From the NCBI RefSeq assembly GCF_009914755.1, contig NC_060930.1: DNA of 64,000 nt; one strand, given 5' to 3'. The notes below the pieces were generated by a model. The model saw only the letters and a program-made list of their open reading frames with translations. It was not told where the DNA came from and made no database searches. Below are positions 31,291 to 48,375 of this stretch, piece after piece; within the stretch, counting starts at the first letter, position 1; each line of letters begins with the position of its first letter. The DNA comes from the human T2T-CHM13v2.0 reference genome, Homo sapiens. The translations under genes and the position numbers were made by a program.

Positions 31291-31660
31291 TTTTTTTTTA
31301 TTATACTTTAAGTTCTGGGACACATGTGCAGAACGTGCAGGTTTGTTACATAGGTATACACGTGCCATGGTGGTTTGCTGCACCCATCAACCTGCCATCT
31401 ATATTAGGTATTTCTCCTGATGTTATCCTTCCCCTAGCCCCTCACCCCCTGACAGACCCAGGTGTGTGATGTTCCCCTCCCTGTGTCCATGTGTTCTCAT
31501 TGTTCAACTCCCACTTATGAGTGAGAACTTGGAGTGTTTGGTTTTATGTTCCTGTGTTAGTTTGCTGAGAATGATGGTTTCCAGCTTCATCCATGTCCCT
31601 GCAAAGGACATGAACTAATCCTTTTCATGGCTGCATAGTATTCCGTGGCATATATGTGCC
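31291..31660 (-). mobile_element. L1PA7-like 3' end inserted in a MIR
   Basis: ttattatactttaagttctgggacacatgtgcagaacgtgcagg...; MIR sequence on both sides. Confidence 0.93.
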
Positions 31661-32022
31661 TTGATCCTCATAACAATCCCTTGTGGTAGAATTACCTGCC
31701 TACATTTTATAGATTCTAAGTGTGGAAAATGGGATCTCAGGGTGAATGAGTAGCTCAGTCACACTGATGCTAAATGGCACAGGCAGATCTTAAGAAGAAG
31801 AGGGAAGACGAGGAGGAGGAAGAAAAGCACCAGAAATAATAAATCATTACTGTTTGTGAAAATATCAAAGTGAAGAATAGGAACCACATACACTATTTTC
31901 ATTTACCAGCTATAAACTTTAAGAAAAATTCACTAATTTAACAATAACTTTGCATTCAATAGAGTTAATCACATGGAACTACTTTTTCCTCTCAACAAGG
32001 TAACAGCATTTTAAAAAACAGA

Positions 32023-32341
<319 letters not shown>

Positions 32342-33091
32342 TCATGATTTTTTCTAATACTCTAAAGTAATTGATAAATGCGTCATCTGGAGAAGTCAAA
32401 TGTAGATCACAATCACACTCAGGAATTGAAATCTTGGAACTCGATCAAGTTAAATGTTCTCTATTTGCTGCAGATAAATTTGGTATTAATGAGTAAAAAG
32501 AGTCTCATCTTTTCAGCATGCCTTTTTTAAAATATTTATTGCACATGTACTTTGTGTCATATTCTGAACTCTACTGCAGAGACTCATTATTGGAGATGAT
32601 GCTGAAAGTGTGGCTTTTTTCTTCCTCCACATTTGTCTAGAAAGGGCAGTCACAAACATGTTAATGGATCTGAGCACAAAAATGAATCAAAGAACACAAG
32701 GACCATCATTAATATTTAGCACAATTGGAGGAGCTTCCATTTACATAATTACCTGCCATTAAGTTTGTGTCATAACTTTAATGTGGCACAGAGCAGTCGC
32801 TGCAATGTTTTTTATATTTTTAGAAAAGTGTCTTCAACTGTGGTAAAACTGTCTCATAATTGGGCTTAGAGAGATGTCCTTCAGAGTGGCGCCTTTGACC
32901 TTCTAGAAAGGGCAGGAAAGGTTTTAGTTTTGTATGTATAAGCCCAGGAAATGAAGTGCATTGTTTGCCAGCACAAACTCTACTGCACATCCTACTCAGC
33001 CATATAAGGTTTTCAACAAACACAGGCAGATGCACACGAATGCAGTAAATTCAACATATTGCTCTGTTTCAAATCCAAAATAAGAATAGTC

Positions 33092-33396
33092 TTTTTTTTT
33101 TTTTTTTTTTTTTTTTTTGAGGCAGAGTCTCACTCTGTCGTCCAGGCTGGAGTGCAGTGGTGTGATCTTGGTTCACTGCAACCTCCATCTCCCGGGTTTA
33201 AGTGATCCTCCCCTCAGCCTCTTAAGTAGCTGGGACTATGGGAACATGCCACCACATCCGAATTTTTTGTATTTTTGGTAGAGATGGGGCTTCGCCATGT
33301 TGCCCAAGCTGGTCTTGAACTCCTGAGCTCAGATGATCCAGCTACCTAGGCCTCCCAAAGTGCTGGGATTATAGGCGTGAGCCACCAAGCCCAACC
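33092..33396 (-). mobile_element. Alu (AluJ-type)
   Basis: Antisense Alu, gaactcctgagctca diagnostic. Confidence 0.96.
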
Positions 33397-33647
33397 ATTG
33401 CCTGTTTACTTCTCAATCCCTACAGATAGACTGTAAGTCTCTTGAAGGAAAGAAGTGGAACTTGTATCGTGTTATATTCCTAGGGCCTGGCTTAATGCCT
33501 GAAATATAATAGCCTCACATTTGTTGAGTGAATGAATAAAAATCTTACTGCCCTCAAACTACCTGTAAGTGATTAATATGTGACTGAATAATTTTTTAAA
33601 ATTTTTATTAATCTGTGACAGACTAATTACACATTATTTCAATCTCC

Positions 33648-33943
33648 TTTTTTTTTTAATTGAGATAGAGTCTCATTCTGTTGCCCAGGCTGGAGTACAG
33701 TGGCACAATCTTGGCTCACTGCAAACTCCGTCTCCCAGATTCAAGCAATTCTTCTTCCTCAGCCTCCTGAGTAGCTGAGATTAGAGGTATGCACCACCAC
33801 ACCCTGCTAATTTTTGTGTATTTTGTAGAGATGGGGTTTTGCCATGTTGCCCAGGCTGATCTCGAACTCCTGAGCTCAAGCTATTTTCCCGCCTTGGCCT
33901 CCCGAAATGCTGGGATTACAAGCGTGAGCCACCACGCCCGGCT
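33648..33943 (-). mobile_element. Alu (AluJ-type)
   Basis: Antisense Alu; TSD ttca(a/g)tctcc. Confidence 0.96.
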
Positions 33944-34049
33944 TCAGTCTCCATTCTGACAGATGCTGTGGCTTGATTTGCTTGACATCCTTCATGCTGA
34001 AGGCTGAGGAGCTCAGTACTCCACCTCTCAGCCTCTCCTGAAGGGAAGC

Positions 34050-34225
34050 AGATCTAGGTATGTGACCTTGAGAAGTTACTTCACCTTTCTGTGTCTGAGT
34101 TTCCTCATCTGTAAAAGTCCTTCCTCATGGTAGTGTTGGAAAGATTAAATATTGATAAAGCATAAATGATGTCTAGCACTAGGTCTGGCATATAGAAAAT
34201 GTGCCATAAATGTTTACCATTGTAA
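34050..34225 (+). mobile_element. MIR
   Basis: tgtgaccttgagaagttacttcacctttctgtgtctgagtttcctcatctgtaaaa. Confidence 0.85.
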
Positions 34226-34382
34226 TTTGTGTTTGTTACACACAACTGACTGCCAACAAGTCTTGCTGTATTTAAAGGTTTTCATCTGGGCAATTTTTTT
34301 TACTATCTTTTCTTCTTGTTTCCTCTGCAGTGAAATGATTGATAGAATTGAAGTAAATCATCTCTCAGGTTTTTCAGCTCTA

Positions 34383-34934
<552 letters not shown>

Positions 34935-35498
34935 CTACCAAATGTTTTAGCCTACCTGAGAAGAGATACCCCTCAAGTTAACTTTAGCCTTTTAATACCT
35001 ATAATGCCAATTCTAAGCACAGATAGAAGCAGACAATAGAACAGTTGGTCTCCAGTCTCACCATGGAAGTAGCTGGAAGGATTCCAATGAGGGATTTAGA
35101 AAACCACTGTCTAATTAAGCTAGGTATTTTAGGATTCCATTTGGCTGCATGAAGCAAAAATGAACCAGAGTGGCCTAAACAAACAGGAAGCCCTGACTCT
35201 CATTTTACAAGGACACTAAGGGTAAGGAGCCCAGAGATGAGACAACTCTTCAGGGAACCAAGCTCTTTTCTGTATCATGCTCATGCTTTGTTGACCTTAA
35301 CATGTGACCTTTCTCTTTATGATCACAAGGTAGCCCCTGCATTTTCAGGCATAAATTTATCATTCCAGGAAGAAAGAACGGGGAAGGGTAAAAAACAAAA
35401 AATACGTATCAGCAGAGTTTCCCTCCTTTTATTAGAAAAAGGAAGGTTTATTCACTGGATTCATTCTTACATTTTATTGGCTACAATTGAGTAAAATG

Positions 35499-35822
35499 GG
35501 CCGGGCACGGTGGCTCACGCGTGTAATCCCAGCACTTTGGGAGGCCGAGGCAGGTGGATCACGAGGTCAGGAGATCCAGACCATCCTGGCTAACACGGTG
35601 AAACCCCGTCTCTACTAAAAAATACAAAAATTACCCGGGCGTGGTGGCAGGCGCCTGTAGTCCCAGCTACTCGGCAGGCTGAGGAAAGGAGAATGGCGTG
35701 AACCCGGGAGGCGGAGCTTGCAGTGAGCCGAGATCATGCCACTGCACTCCAGCCTGGGCGACAGAGTGAGACTCTGTCTCAAAAAACAAAAAAGTAAATA
35801 AATAAATAAATAAATAAATAAA
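35499..35822 (+). mobile_element. AluY, inside an old MLT1 LTR (~35120-35900)
   Basis: ggcgtgaacccgggaggcggagcttgcagtgag diagnostic, CpG-rich; TSD aattgagtaaaatgg. Confidence 0.97.
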
Positions 35823-37779
35823 ATTGAGTAAAATGGCCAACCTCAACTGCAAGTAACTCTAGGCACATTGCCAATTAAACAAAACGATGAAATTCACTGA
35901 AAAAATATGGAGGAAATAGACATAGCATAAGAAACTAGCATGTTTACCATCGACCTTCCAGTCAATAAAGTAAATTAGGCTTGACTAGCACACAATGAAA
36001 CATATACTGTATGTTTTGTCTGGTGATAGCTAAAATTAGATTAAGATGAATAGGCTGACAACAATCTTATATAACAAGACAACAATCTTATATTGCTTAG
36101 AAAGTAGCTAGGTCTCATCTTCCTTCCCCTTCTTCTCCTTGATCTCCCTTCCATCTGCTGTTCTCCATCTAAAAAGAAAAAGTTGTATCTAGCACATCAA
36201 AAAATCCATAATCTCTGAGTCATAAAACATTTTCAAATAGACTTGTATGTTGTGTTATTTATCATTTTTCAACAGCTTTAAAGTTTTTCTATTCATTTCC
36301 ATCAGAGTTTCATAACATAACACATTTCTATGTTAAATTTATCACATTGTTTCTCAATTTTTCTTTTCTTTTCACCATCACTATTCTGAGGCTGAGAGAA
36401 GTAAATGTGCCCTATCTTTAGGTCCCTGGGGATTCCAGATTGTGGCCTATCACAATTACTTTTTCTTTCTGATAGCTCATGATACATGCTCTAAAATACA
36501 GATGGTTCAGTGTAGAGAATACACATGATAGAGGAACTCTCCAGAAGTAAGAATATTGTGTTGACTTTAAAAAGGAAAATAAGTGAAAAAACATGAAACC
36601 CAGCAAGTTTTCTATGTATAGACATGCATCTCATTCAAAATATTTGTACAAGTTCATCTAGAAGATATTCAAAACGTAACCAAAAGAGATAGCCCTAAGT
36701 ATCCAAGGCTCAAAATTGTTTAAAACAAGAAAATATTCAGGAAGTTTAAAGCCAAAATTCTTACAGCAAAAATTGCCGTTGGACTTGGAAAGTCAAAGTA
36801 ACGTCATGCAAACAGGAGAAAGGCTTGCTGCAAAGTAGGAAAAGAAGCTGGCAGTTTACCCTTATGTTTTAGATCATTGATCCCTTCCCAAATCATTAAC
36901 TTAGGCAAAGTTTCCCGTGCAAATCAGATTCTCTCAATTTCAGGGAATATCTAAAAGGCTCTAAGTGCTTCTTTACGCAATCAGTAAAATTATACAGAAG
37001 GTAAAGGGATGATGATCACATCGTAATTTGATCAAGATTTTGCCTAGATGAGGAAATATGTTTAATCTCCATTGGAAATCAGTTCCATTAATATAGAAAA
37101 AAGTTTTCAGACTGTTGATAAAAAGACAAAGCAACCTGTGAAACCATAGTTTGAGGCTGAGATAGATATCAGTTAGGAAAGCACTCAAACCACTTTATTC
37201 AGTATATAACACGATAAGCAGTTACTTGAACACCAGGGAAGGTGTGCCCTGACCTCATGCCTTCAAGAACTAAGAAATATACGTTCTTGTTCTTGTTCCT
37301 GCTGCTGTTATTAACCTTTGAATATTCGTTTCAGTTGCTGAGTAAAATGCTCTTAGTTTCTCATTCCAGAATCTCGAGGCAAAGTATATCTACTTTGAAA
37401 ACATAATTAGTCAATGTCCAGAATCAGTTAAAGGAAACTAATGACACATTTGTCCAGATTGCATGCCAGGATGGCTGGCTGAAACCAGCATCAAGGAAAT
37501 CAAAGAACTTTCCCTGTTAATAAGTAGAGGAAAAACAATGAGAGCTGCTGTTAAGCCACTAACCCACTGGGAGGAATGCATTGAACAGGACCAAAAGAAA
37601 TGCCAATCAGAGGGAATAAAAATCCACAATCGTTTTTAATTGGCTGAAGAAAATGAAATATACTAGTAGATTACAAATGATATTATAGTATTTCTCCTTG
37701 CCCACTACCAGATTTCCTCTCTCAAAATGCAACCATTTACATTTTAAACCACATATTAACATCAAATCTGTGCTCCCAA

Positions 37780-38470
<691 letters not shown>

Positions 38471-39086
38471 CCATACCTGCCAAGGGCAGAATGAAGTTGA
38501 GCAATGAGATTTGAACTTATTTGAGTGTGTCCTCACTTTTCTCTTCATTTAGAAGAATGAATGTTGGGGTTATATGTGTGAAAATGGAAACTGCTTTTTT
38601 TCCCTTCTCTTTTTAGGAAAAGAGTAAAAGAATCTACAAATTTGGCAAGTGAGGAAATGGATTAAATGTTCTTTGCCTTAAGATGATTAAACAATACATT
38701 CTTGCTTTGGTAATTTATTTAATAGCATGACTGGTCATATACAAAAAGTTGGTATGTGACTTCATTCAGCAAATATCTATTCAGTGCCTGCTGAGTGTCA
38801 GGTTCTGTTCTAGGCGGTTCTAGAGAACAAAATGAAGTAAGATCCCTGCCCTAAAGGAGCACACGTTTTTCCAACTGTCAAATTATCTTAAATCAACTCC
38901 TTTTAAATTGTTTTCTCTTGATGAAATTTTTTTAATAAGCTATTTTTCCAATAGTTCAAAGGTTTATATTCAGCATGATCTTTATCAAATGTCATTACCC
39001 TCTCTATCCTTACCCCCAAAAAGGAAACGTGTTAAATATAGATGCCTCTTAATTTTCTATGAAATTACAGCTTCGACTCCGAGTAG

Positions 39087-39421
<335 letters not shown>

Positions 39422-39549
39422 CGACTCAAAAGTCTTTAATAGTCAGTGCTATCATTGGTTCCCATGGGTGTTCTTTACCATGAAGATGGGGTAGCAGCAA
39501 AGTACTTATCCATGAACCTGACCTAGAAAATGAAAACTCCAAAGGAGTG

Positions 39550-39963
39550 TGATACAGTTTGGATCTGTGTCCTCACCCAAATCTCATGCTGAATTGTAAT
39601 CTTCAGTATTGATGGTGGGGCCTGGTGGGAGGTGACTGAATCACGGGGGTGAATTTTTCATGAATGGTTTAGCCCCTTCCCTTTGGTGCTGTCCTCAACA
39701 TAGTGAGTGGCCTCTTGCAAGATCTGGCTGTTTAAAACTGTATGGCACCTCACTATCTCTCTTAGTCCTGCTTTTGCCATGCGATGTGCCTGCTCCCACT
39801 TCACCTTCTGCCATGAATATAAGCCTGCTGAGGCCTCTCCAGAAGCAGATGCTGCTGTGTTTCCTGTATAGCTTGCAGAACCGTGAGCCAATTAAACCTC
39901 TTTTCTTATAAATTACGCAGTCTCAGTTATTTCTTTATAGCAATGCAAGAATAGCCTTACACA
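39550..39963 (+). mobile_element. MSTB-type MaLR solo LTR
   Basis: tgatacagtttggatctgtgtcc...gagccaattaaacctcttttcttataaatta...aca; TSD g(a/g)gtg. Confidence 0.92.
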
Positions 39964-40042
39964 GGGTGCAACAAGAGGATGGGCGCCTCACTTCATGAAT
40001 CATGAGCAAGTCTCTGGTTGCACTATGTAAAGAAAGGGACCC

Positions 40043-40352
40043 ACCGGGCACAGTGAATCACATCTGTAATCCCAGCACTTTGGGAGGCCGAGGCAGGAGG
40101 ATCACATGAGGCCAGGAGTTCAAGAGCAGCCTGGGCAACATGGAGAAACCCAGTCTCTACTAAATATACAAAAATTAGCCAGGCATGGTGGCACACACCT
40201 GTAGTCCCAGCTACTCAGGAGGCTGAAGCAGGAGAATTACTTGAACCTGGGAGGTGGAGGTTGCAGTGAGCCGATAATACCACTGCACTCCAGCCTGGGT
40301 GACAGAGACTCCATGCCAAAAAAAAAAAAAAAAAAAGAGAAAGAAAGAAAGA
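40043..40352 (+). mobile_element. Alu
   Basis: TSD aaagaaagggacc. Confidence 0.96.
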
Positions 40353-41574
40353 AAGAAAGGGACCTTTAAAGTAACACCTTGCAATAGCAAGGCTGCTCTC
40401 ATTCCTGGTTTTATTTCAAAACCTTGGATACCTCCAGGAAACCTAGACAAGCTAAGGTGGCTTGAGGTTTTCTTGTTCAGCTCTGGCCCCCTCAAACATC
40501 ATCATATCTCTCTCTCTCTCCTAACTCCTCCATGATGGGAAATCTAGAGTTGCAGGTAAGGAGTCCTGGTGTAATCAGAAACCTCCAAAAGAATCTCAGA
40601 ACCTACTAGTCAAATGAGGCTCTGTACTCATCTTAAAATGTTACCTGCTATGTTAATTTTCAAGATCTGGGGCAAAAGCTCTGGAAAGAAACAAATTCCC
40701 TAGGTGATTTCAAGCTAGAGAGGATCTTTGGAGCAATCCTGGACCCAAACCTAGCTCCTGGAACTGTAAAGATGCAAAGGGAGTTGCTTGTGTGCTGACA
40801 GGACACTTTGCATAAGAGACGGGAGCAGGGTCTGGTGTCTTCATCAGCCTGCATTAGCACAGACATCAGGAATACTCAATTATGGTAATATCTCATTTTA
40901 AAGAGGCATGAATCTGGAAGACAAGTAAATACTAGCTGGCTTTTGTGCCATGACTTCCAAATGCTCTCTAAGGAATTGAAACAAAGAGTTTGGAAGAGTG
41001 GATATGTGACTTCCTTACAAACTGTGCTTAAAGAAGGAAAAGGAAGATGTGGCTTACTGTAACACACTACTTTGCATATTACTATCAAACCTGCCAGGTC
41101 ACATCTTAATAGTCTTAGTACCTCCCTCATGTTTTCTATCATAGGAAGTAATGTCCTATTACCAAACTTGAGTATCTGTTCTGTTTCAGTGTGGAAGGAT
41201 CAAATGATCTTGATGAGTGAGTTCATTCATCTGAATCGGCTACCTATTAAGGCTCAAACTCATAGGCTTGCTCTTGACCTCAAATGCTAAGTCCTCAGAG
41301 ACACCTTGCGTATGTTTATCCTGCATCAAAGATCAAGAGAATGGACAACACCAGAACTCTTAATACAACAGAGAATCCCGAATTGTGTACGTGATGTTTT
41401 GAAGCACATTGACTTTATTTTTGTAAGTTAATATTAAAATTGGCAGGAAATGGAATTAAGATGTGTGTGTTATCCTGGGGATTGTAGCAGAAAGTGGATA
41501 TTGTAGATAATGCTCTCTGAAAGCATGCAGAATAGCAAGAAGTGAAAATTGAGTATGATATGCCATAGTATTAA

Positions 41575-41760
41575 TAATAGTGGCCATCATTTATTTGGCC
41601 AGCACTTTATGTATGCTATCTCATTAACCCTAGCCATTTTTCTCACCTTTAGATAAATAAGTTGGAGCTCAGAGAGGTTAAATAAGCTCTAGACTCTCAA
41701 GCACCCAGCTAGAATTGACAGGGCTGATATCTGAATGTTGGTCTTTCTAACTCTATAGCC
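41575..41760 (-). mobile_element. MIR
   Basis: agcactttatgtatgctatctcattaa...gagctcagagaggttaaataa. Confidence 0.7.
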
Positions 41761-42099
41761 AACACTCTTTCAAATACTCCACAAATCCTTCCATTCCAAG
41801 CTCATTTGAGCCAAGATAATTTCCATAAAAGAGAATACAAAATTGGCCAATTAGTGATGGTTGCCTCAGGTCTAGACTTTTGGTCAGACAAGGGTTAATG
41901 GCAACATCACCATGTGAAGTAGAGTGGCTGGCAAACTTGCAAGCTGGTGGAGAAGGAGTAATTGCACATTGCAAGGCATTCAAAGAAAAGAGCCAATGGG
42001 ATCGAAATAAAACCAGAGGCATTGTCGTTATGGCCCAACTCACCAAAGACTGATGAAGCCAACCTGTGGAGCCTCTAACCTCCTTAAAATAGCCTCCTG

Positions 42100-42398
42100 C
42101 AGTGGGAGTGGTGGCTCACACCTGTCATCCAACACTTTGGAAGGCTGAAGCAGGAAGATTGCTTGAGGCTAGGAATTTGAGACCAGCTATGGCAACATAG
42201 CAAGACTCCATCTCTACAAAAAATAAAAAATTAGCCAGGCATAGTGGTGACTTCCTGTAGTCCTAGCTACTCCAGAGGCTGAGGAGGTAGGATCACTAGT
42301 GCCCAGGAGTTCAAGGGTGCAGTGAGTCATGATTGCACCACTGCACTCTAGCCTGGGTGATAGAGCAAGACCCTGTCACTAAAAAAAATAATAATAAA
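42100..42398 (+). mobile_element. Alu (AluJ-type)
   Basis: TSD aaatagc(c/a)tcctg. Confidence 0.95.
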
Positions 42399-43252
42399 TA
42401 GCATCCTGTTCTCCCCTAGGGAGGAGCCCCAAACCCAGTGGCTTTTCCAGGAAGTCCATAGGTAAAACAGGCTCTTTTTTGACCTGAATTCCAGCATTCT
42501 AAATAGAACCTAAACCTGCTCAACAGGTTCTGACAATGTAGCAATCCCAGCAACAAAGCTGCGTAGTGTACCCCTTTTTAAAAACCCTATTCAAAATAAC
42601 CCTCACCCTTGCCTTCTCCATGACACTGATGGGAAAAAGGAGCCAAAGATCCCTGACAGTAGATAATCTACCCTCTCATCTCCCAGAGGCCACAACGAGC
42701 TCCTGTATCAGAAGGCAGGCATTTCAACAGCATGGGCTGGAATTAAAAGGACCAATTAATTACCCTCATCTCCCTACCAGGTTCAGAACAAACTGAGAAA
42801 CATACACCAGATTCCAATGAAGGATCAAAAGATCAGTTTTATTGCTGGTGGAGCTGGATGAAGAACAGTTATTTAGACTTGATGCCAAAGGGGCTTCCTA
42901 ATGTGCAGCCTCACCGAATGGACTGACTTTCTCAACCTGACTCTGTCCTAGGCCCAGCTGCAGGTTTCCTGCACCCACAGGCAGAAACTGCATGGGAAGT
43001 CTGCCAGATGGAGATGAAAGCTACCACTCCTAGGCAGGGCAGCTGCAAAGGAAGAGGGAGACAGAGGTGAGCCACATGCAAAAAGTGGCCTCTGCCCCCG
43101 TAGCTCCCTTCACAGGAGAATCATGGATAAGTGTCACATTCTTGCTATCTCATCAATTAGATAAATCAGTCTTCCTCCTATGAGGTGGAGTAAATGGTGG
43201 GAAAAGAGGTCAAAGTTTATTGCTTTGCTATTATGTTTAAAGTACACTCTTG

Positions 43253-43552
43253 GGCCAGGTGCGGTGGCTCACGCCTGTAATCCCAGCATTTTGGGAAGCT
43301 GAGGCAGGTGGATCACCTGAGGTCAGGGGTTCAAGACCAGCCTGGCCAACATGGCAAAACCCTGTCCCTATTAAAAAATTTAAAAATTAGCTGGGTGTGG
43401 TGGTGGGTGCCTGTAATCCCAGCTACTCCAGAGGCTGAGGCAGGGAGAACTGCTTGAACCTGGGAGATGGAGGTTGCAGTGAGCCAAGATTGTGCCACTG
43501 CACTCCAGCCTAGGCGACAGAGCGAGAACCCATCTCAAAAAAATAAAATAAA
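43253..43552 (+). mobile_element. Alu inserted in a MER5 MITE (MER5 to ~43690)
   Basis: TSD aaag(t/c)acactcttgg; flank continues gactctcaggccccaccc...ttttaacaa...aagtttgagaa. Confidence 0.96.
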
Positions 43553-44155
43553 GCACACTCTTGGACCAGCATGATCCCCTAGAAGCTTCTTAGAAAAGTA
43601 GACTCTCAGGCCCCACCCTTACTGACTTACAAGCTTCCTTTTAACAAAATCCTCAGGAGATATGTATGCACATCAAAGTTTGAGAATCAATGCTTTAGCA
43701 GAAGTTTTGTCATAGAAATCCCAGGACGAGACAAAACAATTTCCCCGACAGAAGCTCGAACAAGGTGACCAGTGGGACCAAAGGCCATCTGCGGTATTCC
43801 ATAATGAAGTTTCACTTGGTGTAAGTGGCATAGGATTTTAACAAATATTAGTATTTTAAACTAGAGGTATGGCTTCAACTATCTCAAACTACATAAAGTA
43901 ACTAAATTCCTGTTCTGCTTTTAGTGAGCTCTTGTCAAGGTGAAGACCAAAAACAAAACAAAACAAAACAAGGAAGAAAGCAACAGACTTTCTTTTGACT
44001 CCGATTACACTTCTTCACTTCAGAGGCTCCAATTTAAATCATTTCAAGAACTGAGAATCACCATCCGGGGAAAGGATCTATCTGACAGATCTTGCTTAGT
44101 GTCTAGCCCATGGAAAATTCTTGTGGCCAACTTCCTGGCCTCACTGAATTGCTCA

Positions 44156-44606
<451 letters not shown>

Positions 44607-44809
44607 CTATCCTGCAAAGGGATCAGAGATGCATTCAGTTTTGTGACTTTCATGTATAGCCATTACCAAAGAGTACTTTTAGCCATGTTTGTTTGTTCCT
44701 CCCCCAGATGCCAATTATTGCCAGCAAGAGGCCTTTACCTCACAACTGTGACCTGCTTTGTGTTTGAGACATTCCTATCTCAGGCTGCCAGGGTTATTTT
44801 CGTGACTCT

Positions 44810-45204
44810 CAGTAAAAGAAAAACTTCAGCCGAATTAAATGTAAAAGAGTTGTATTGAGCAATGACAATAAGCAAATCGGGCAGCCCCCAGAACCACAGC
44901 AGATGCAGAGAGACTCCAGTGCAACCACGTGATGGAAGATTTATGGACAGCGAAAGGAAAGGGACATAGAGAAAATGGTAGTGAGGTACAGAAACACTGG
45001 ATTGGTTACAGCTCAGCTTTTGCCTTATTTGATCACGGTTCAAACAATTGGCTACATTTGATTGCCCAAAATTCAGTGACTGGCACAAGTGTGAGCAATG
45101 GTCGGTTTACACCTCTGCTTGTTATAGTTCATGATGTACAGGGAAACATTTAGACTGAGCTTAAATATGTAAGGAGGCAGCTTTAGGCTAAACTTGACTG
45201 AACA
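44810..45204 (-). mobile_element. ERV1 solo LTR (MER57-like)
   Basis: aaatatgtaaggaggcagctttaggctaaacttga...aaca; several ATTGG boxes; 4-bp TSD ctct. Confidence 0.85.
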
Positions 45205-45412
45205 CTCTTTTCAGCACTCAGCAGATGTTCCACTTTGCCACCAGCATGTTCTACTCTCTTCTCTGAAGCCTGTACAGCTTGTGAATGGTTAGCTGACCAT
45301 TGTTCATGACCAAAGATGACACAGATGGGAGGATTGAGTCTCTATGACCGGTGCTTGCCTATTCAAGGGAAAGAGAGTGGAAAGAGTATCTAATTGATAA
45401 GAAGGGAGGTCA

Positions 45413-45761
<349 letters not shown>

Positions 45762-46074
45762 TCAAAATGAGCCCTTCAGTTTACTTCACATTCCACTCGG
45801 TCCTCTGCTAAGAGTTCAAAACATTCTGATGTTGCTTGTGACTTTTTCCTACAAAGTCCAATGAAAATTAATAAATAGCAGGGTGCTCACTATCATATAA
45901 GAATACAGCTTTTTTTCAGTAACAGAACTTGTCAGCCTATTACCTTAGGGCATTTTCACAGTAAACTATTTTAGAAGCACACAGGGTAAAGAAGAATATG
46001 TAATTTTGATTTACTAACTTTATTTTTTCTTAAAATGAAAATGTCAAAGGTCTAGATTATTTGAGAAAAAACAT

Positions 46075-46383
46075 TTTCTTTTCTTTTTTTTTTTTTTTTG
46101 AGACAGAGTTTCCCTCTTGTTGCCCAGGCTGGAGTGCAATGGCATGATCTTGGCTCACTGCAACCTCCACCTTCCGGTTCAAGCGATTCTCCTGCCTCAG
46201 CCTCCCAAGTAGCTGGGATTACAGGCACCCGCCAGCATCATGCCTGGCTAATTTTTTGTATTTAGTAGAGACGGGGTTTTACCACCTTGGTCAGGCTGGT
46301 CTCAAACTCCTGACCTCAGGTGATCCACCCGCCTCGACCTTCCAAAGTGCTGGGATTAAAGCCCTCAGCCATTGTGCCCAGCC
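46075..46383 (-). mobile_element. Alu
   Basis: TSD aacattttcttt. Confidence 0.97.
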
Positions 46384-47705
46384 AACATTTTCTTTATGTG
46401 CTGTTCTTTCTGGGAGAATTTTTCTTTGTTCTGGAAGTTATATAGTCAGTTATATAATTCATCTTTGAAGCTGTATTAGCACAGCACAAAGAAAATTTGA
46501 TATTTGCTCACCAGGTATCTGATTTATTGGATCAATATAGGCTGTTTGAATAATCTGAAGCCCAAAGAGCCTTTTGATTGGTGATTTGAATCAGTTACTC
46601 AAGAAACTAAAGGAATGCTGTAAACTTTAATAGGTGGAATACAGTTAGAAATTATCTAAATAACTGCCTGTATTTTCTGAGGAATTGGTCCTTTTCCATT
46701 TCATCTTAGGTTGTATAAAACAGCTAAGTTACCTACAACTAACTGTTTTAAAGTTTAGAACTGATTGTTTATGATACTGAACTTCAACCCCGAGAGATAA
46801 TTTTTTATCCAGAGAAAGCTATTTTTAGCCATAATAACCAAGCAGCTAATGGTCCATCCTCCAATACTTTAAGATAATGTATTCCAATTACATTTGAGTA
46901 GATACTGCACTGAAGATATTACATAATTCAGTGCCATTTCCTGCTGGCCTTTATATGCAAACATTGATATAATGGTTCCACTTAACTGTACATTTGAGAA
47001 AAATGCCCCCAAAATGAAAAGCTATAATCAAACTATTCTTGGTCATGTCAGAGAAATAATGTATTGTGTTTGAGCAGGGTTTTATTAAGCTTATTAAGTG
47101 GTTCATGTACATCTTCTCATTTGCTTTCCACAATAATTCTGTGAGATAAGCAAATTGGGTAGCACTTTTTTTTAATATTGTTTGGAAAATAGGTTCACAT
47201 GGGTACTAGGACCCACCCAAAGCCATACAGTTAATGATAGATTTGGATAGAGACCCAGGTGTTTTGGCCCCTTTTCCAATTCTATAGGGTTGTGACTAAG
47301 GCCTGGGATACATTTCTCACATGATGATTGCAAAAGCCTAAAAGAAATGAAAACATTCTTGTTCTACTTTGAAAATGTCCTAACCACATCACCAAGAAAT
47401 CTTGTTTAAGTAAAGTAGATGTATCAAAAAGAGGAAACTTTGAATGTTTTTAGATTGGCAAAAATTCCTATGCAGTCTTTCAACATATGTCCCAAATAAG
47501 ATTCACTATACCTTAGAGAGAAAAATATTACCTTACACATATAGAATCTTTTGTATTTCACAAGGCAATTGTATATTGGTTATCTCATTTAATGTTCATG
47601 ATAATCCAATGGGTAGAAAGGGCAGATGGAGGAACTAAGTCTCACAATGTTTAAGTGACTTGCCCAAAGTTTCCAGGTGGCAAAACTAGGGAAGAACTCT
47701 GATAC

Positions 47706-48375
47706 TTTTTTTCTTCAACTTTTAAGTTCAGGGGTACCTGTGCAGGTTCGTTACATAGGTAAATGTGTGCCATGGTGGTTTGCTGCACAGATCATCCCAT
47801 CACCACCTACGTATTAAGCCCAGCATCCATTAGCTATTCTTCCTGATGCTCTCCCTCCCCCAACCCATCCCCACAACAGGCCCCAGTGCGTGTTGTTCCT
47901 TTCCCTGTGCCCATGTATTCTCATCGTTCAGCTCCCACTTATAAAGTGAGAATATGTGGTGTTTGGTTTTCTGATAACAGCTTCCAGCTCCATTCACGTC
48001 CCTGCAAAGGACATGATATTTTTCCTTTTTATGGCTGCATAGTATTCCATGGTGTATATGTACCCCATTTTCTTTACCCATTTTGTTATTGATGGGCATT
48101 TGGGTTGATTCCATGTCTTTGCTATCCTGAATAGTGCTGCAATGAACATATGCATGCATGTATCTTTATAATAGAATGATTTATATTCCTTTGGGTATAT
48201 ACCCAGTAATGGGATTGCTGGGTCAAATTGCATTTCTGCCTCTAGGTCTTTGAGGAATCACCACACTGTCTTCCACAATGATTGGACATAATTTACACTC
48301 CCACCAACAATATGAAAGCATTCCTATTTCTCCACAACCTCACCAGCATCTGTTGTTTCTTGACTTTTTAATAAT
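47706..48375 (-). mobile_element. L1PA8-10-like 3' fragment
   Basis: ttttaagttcaggggtac...tttgctgcacagatcatcccatcacc; ORF2 C-terminus FDPAIPLLGIYPKEYKSFYYKDTC. Confidence 0.92.

Noticed and set aside
36057-36093. 21-bp-period duplication of gacaacaatcttatat
   Set aside because: Two copies only; not a CRISPR-like array and no supportable function.
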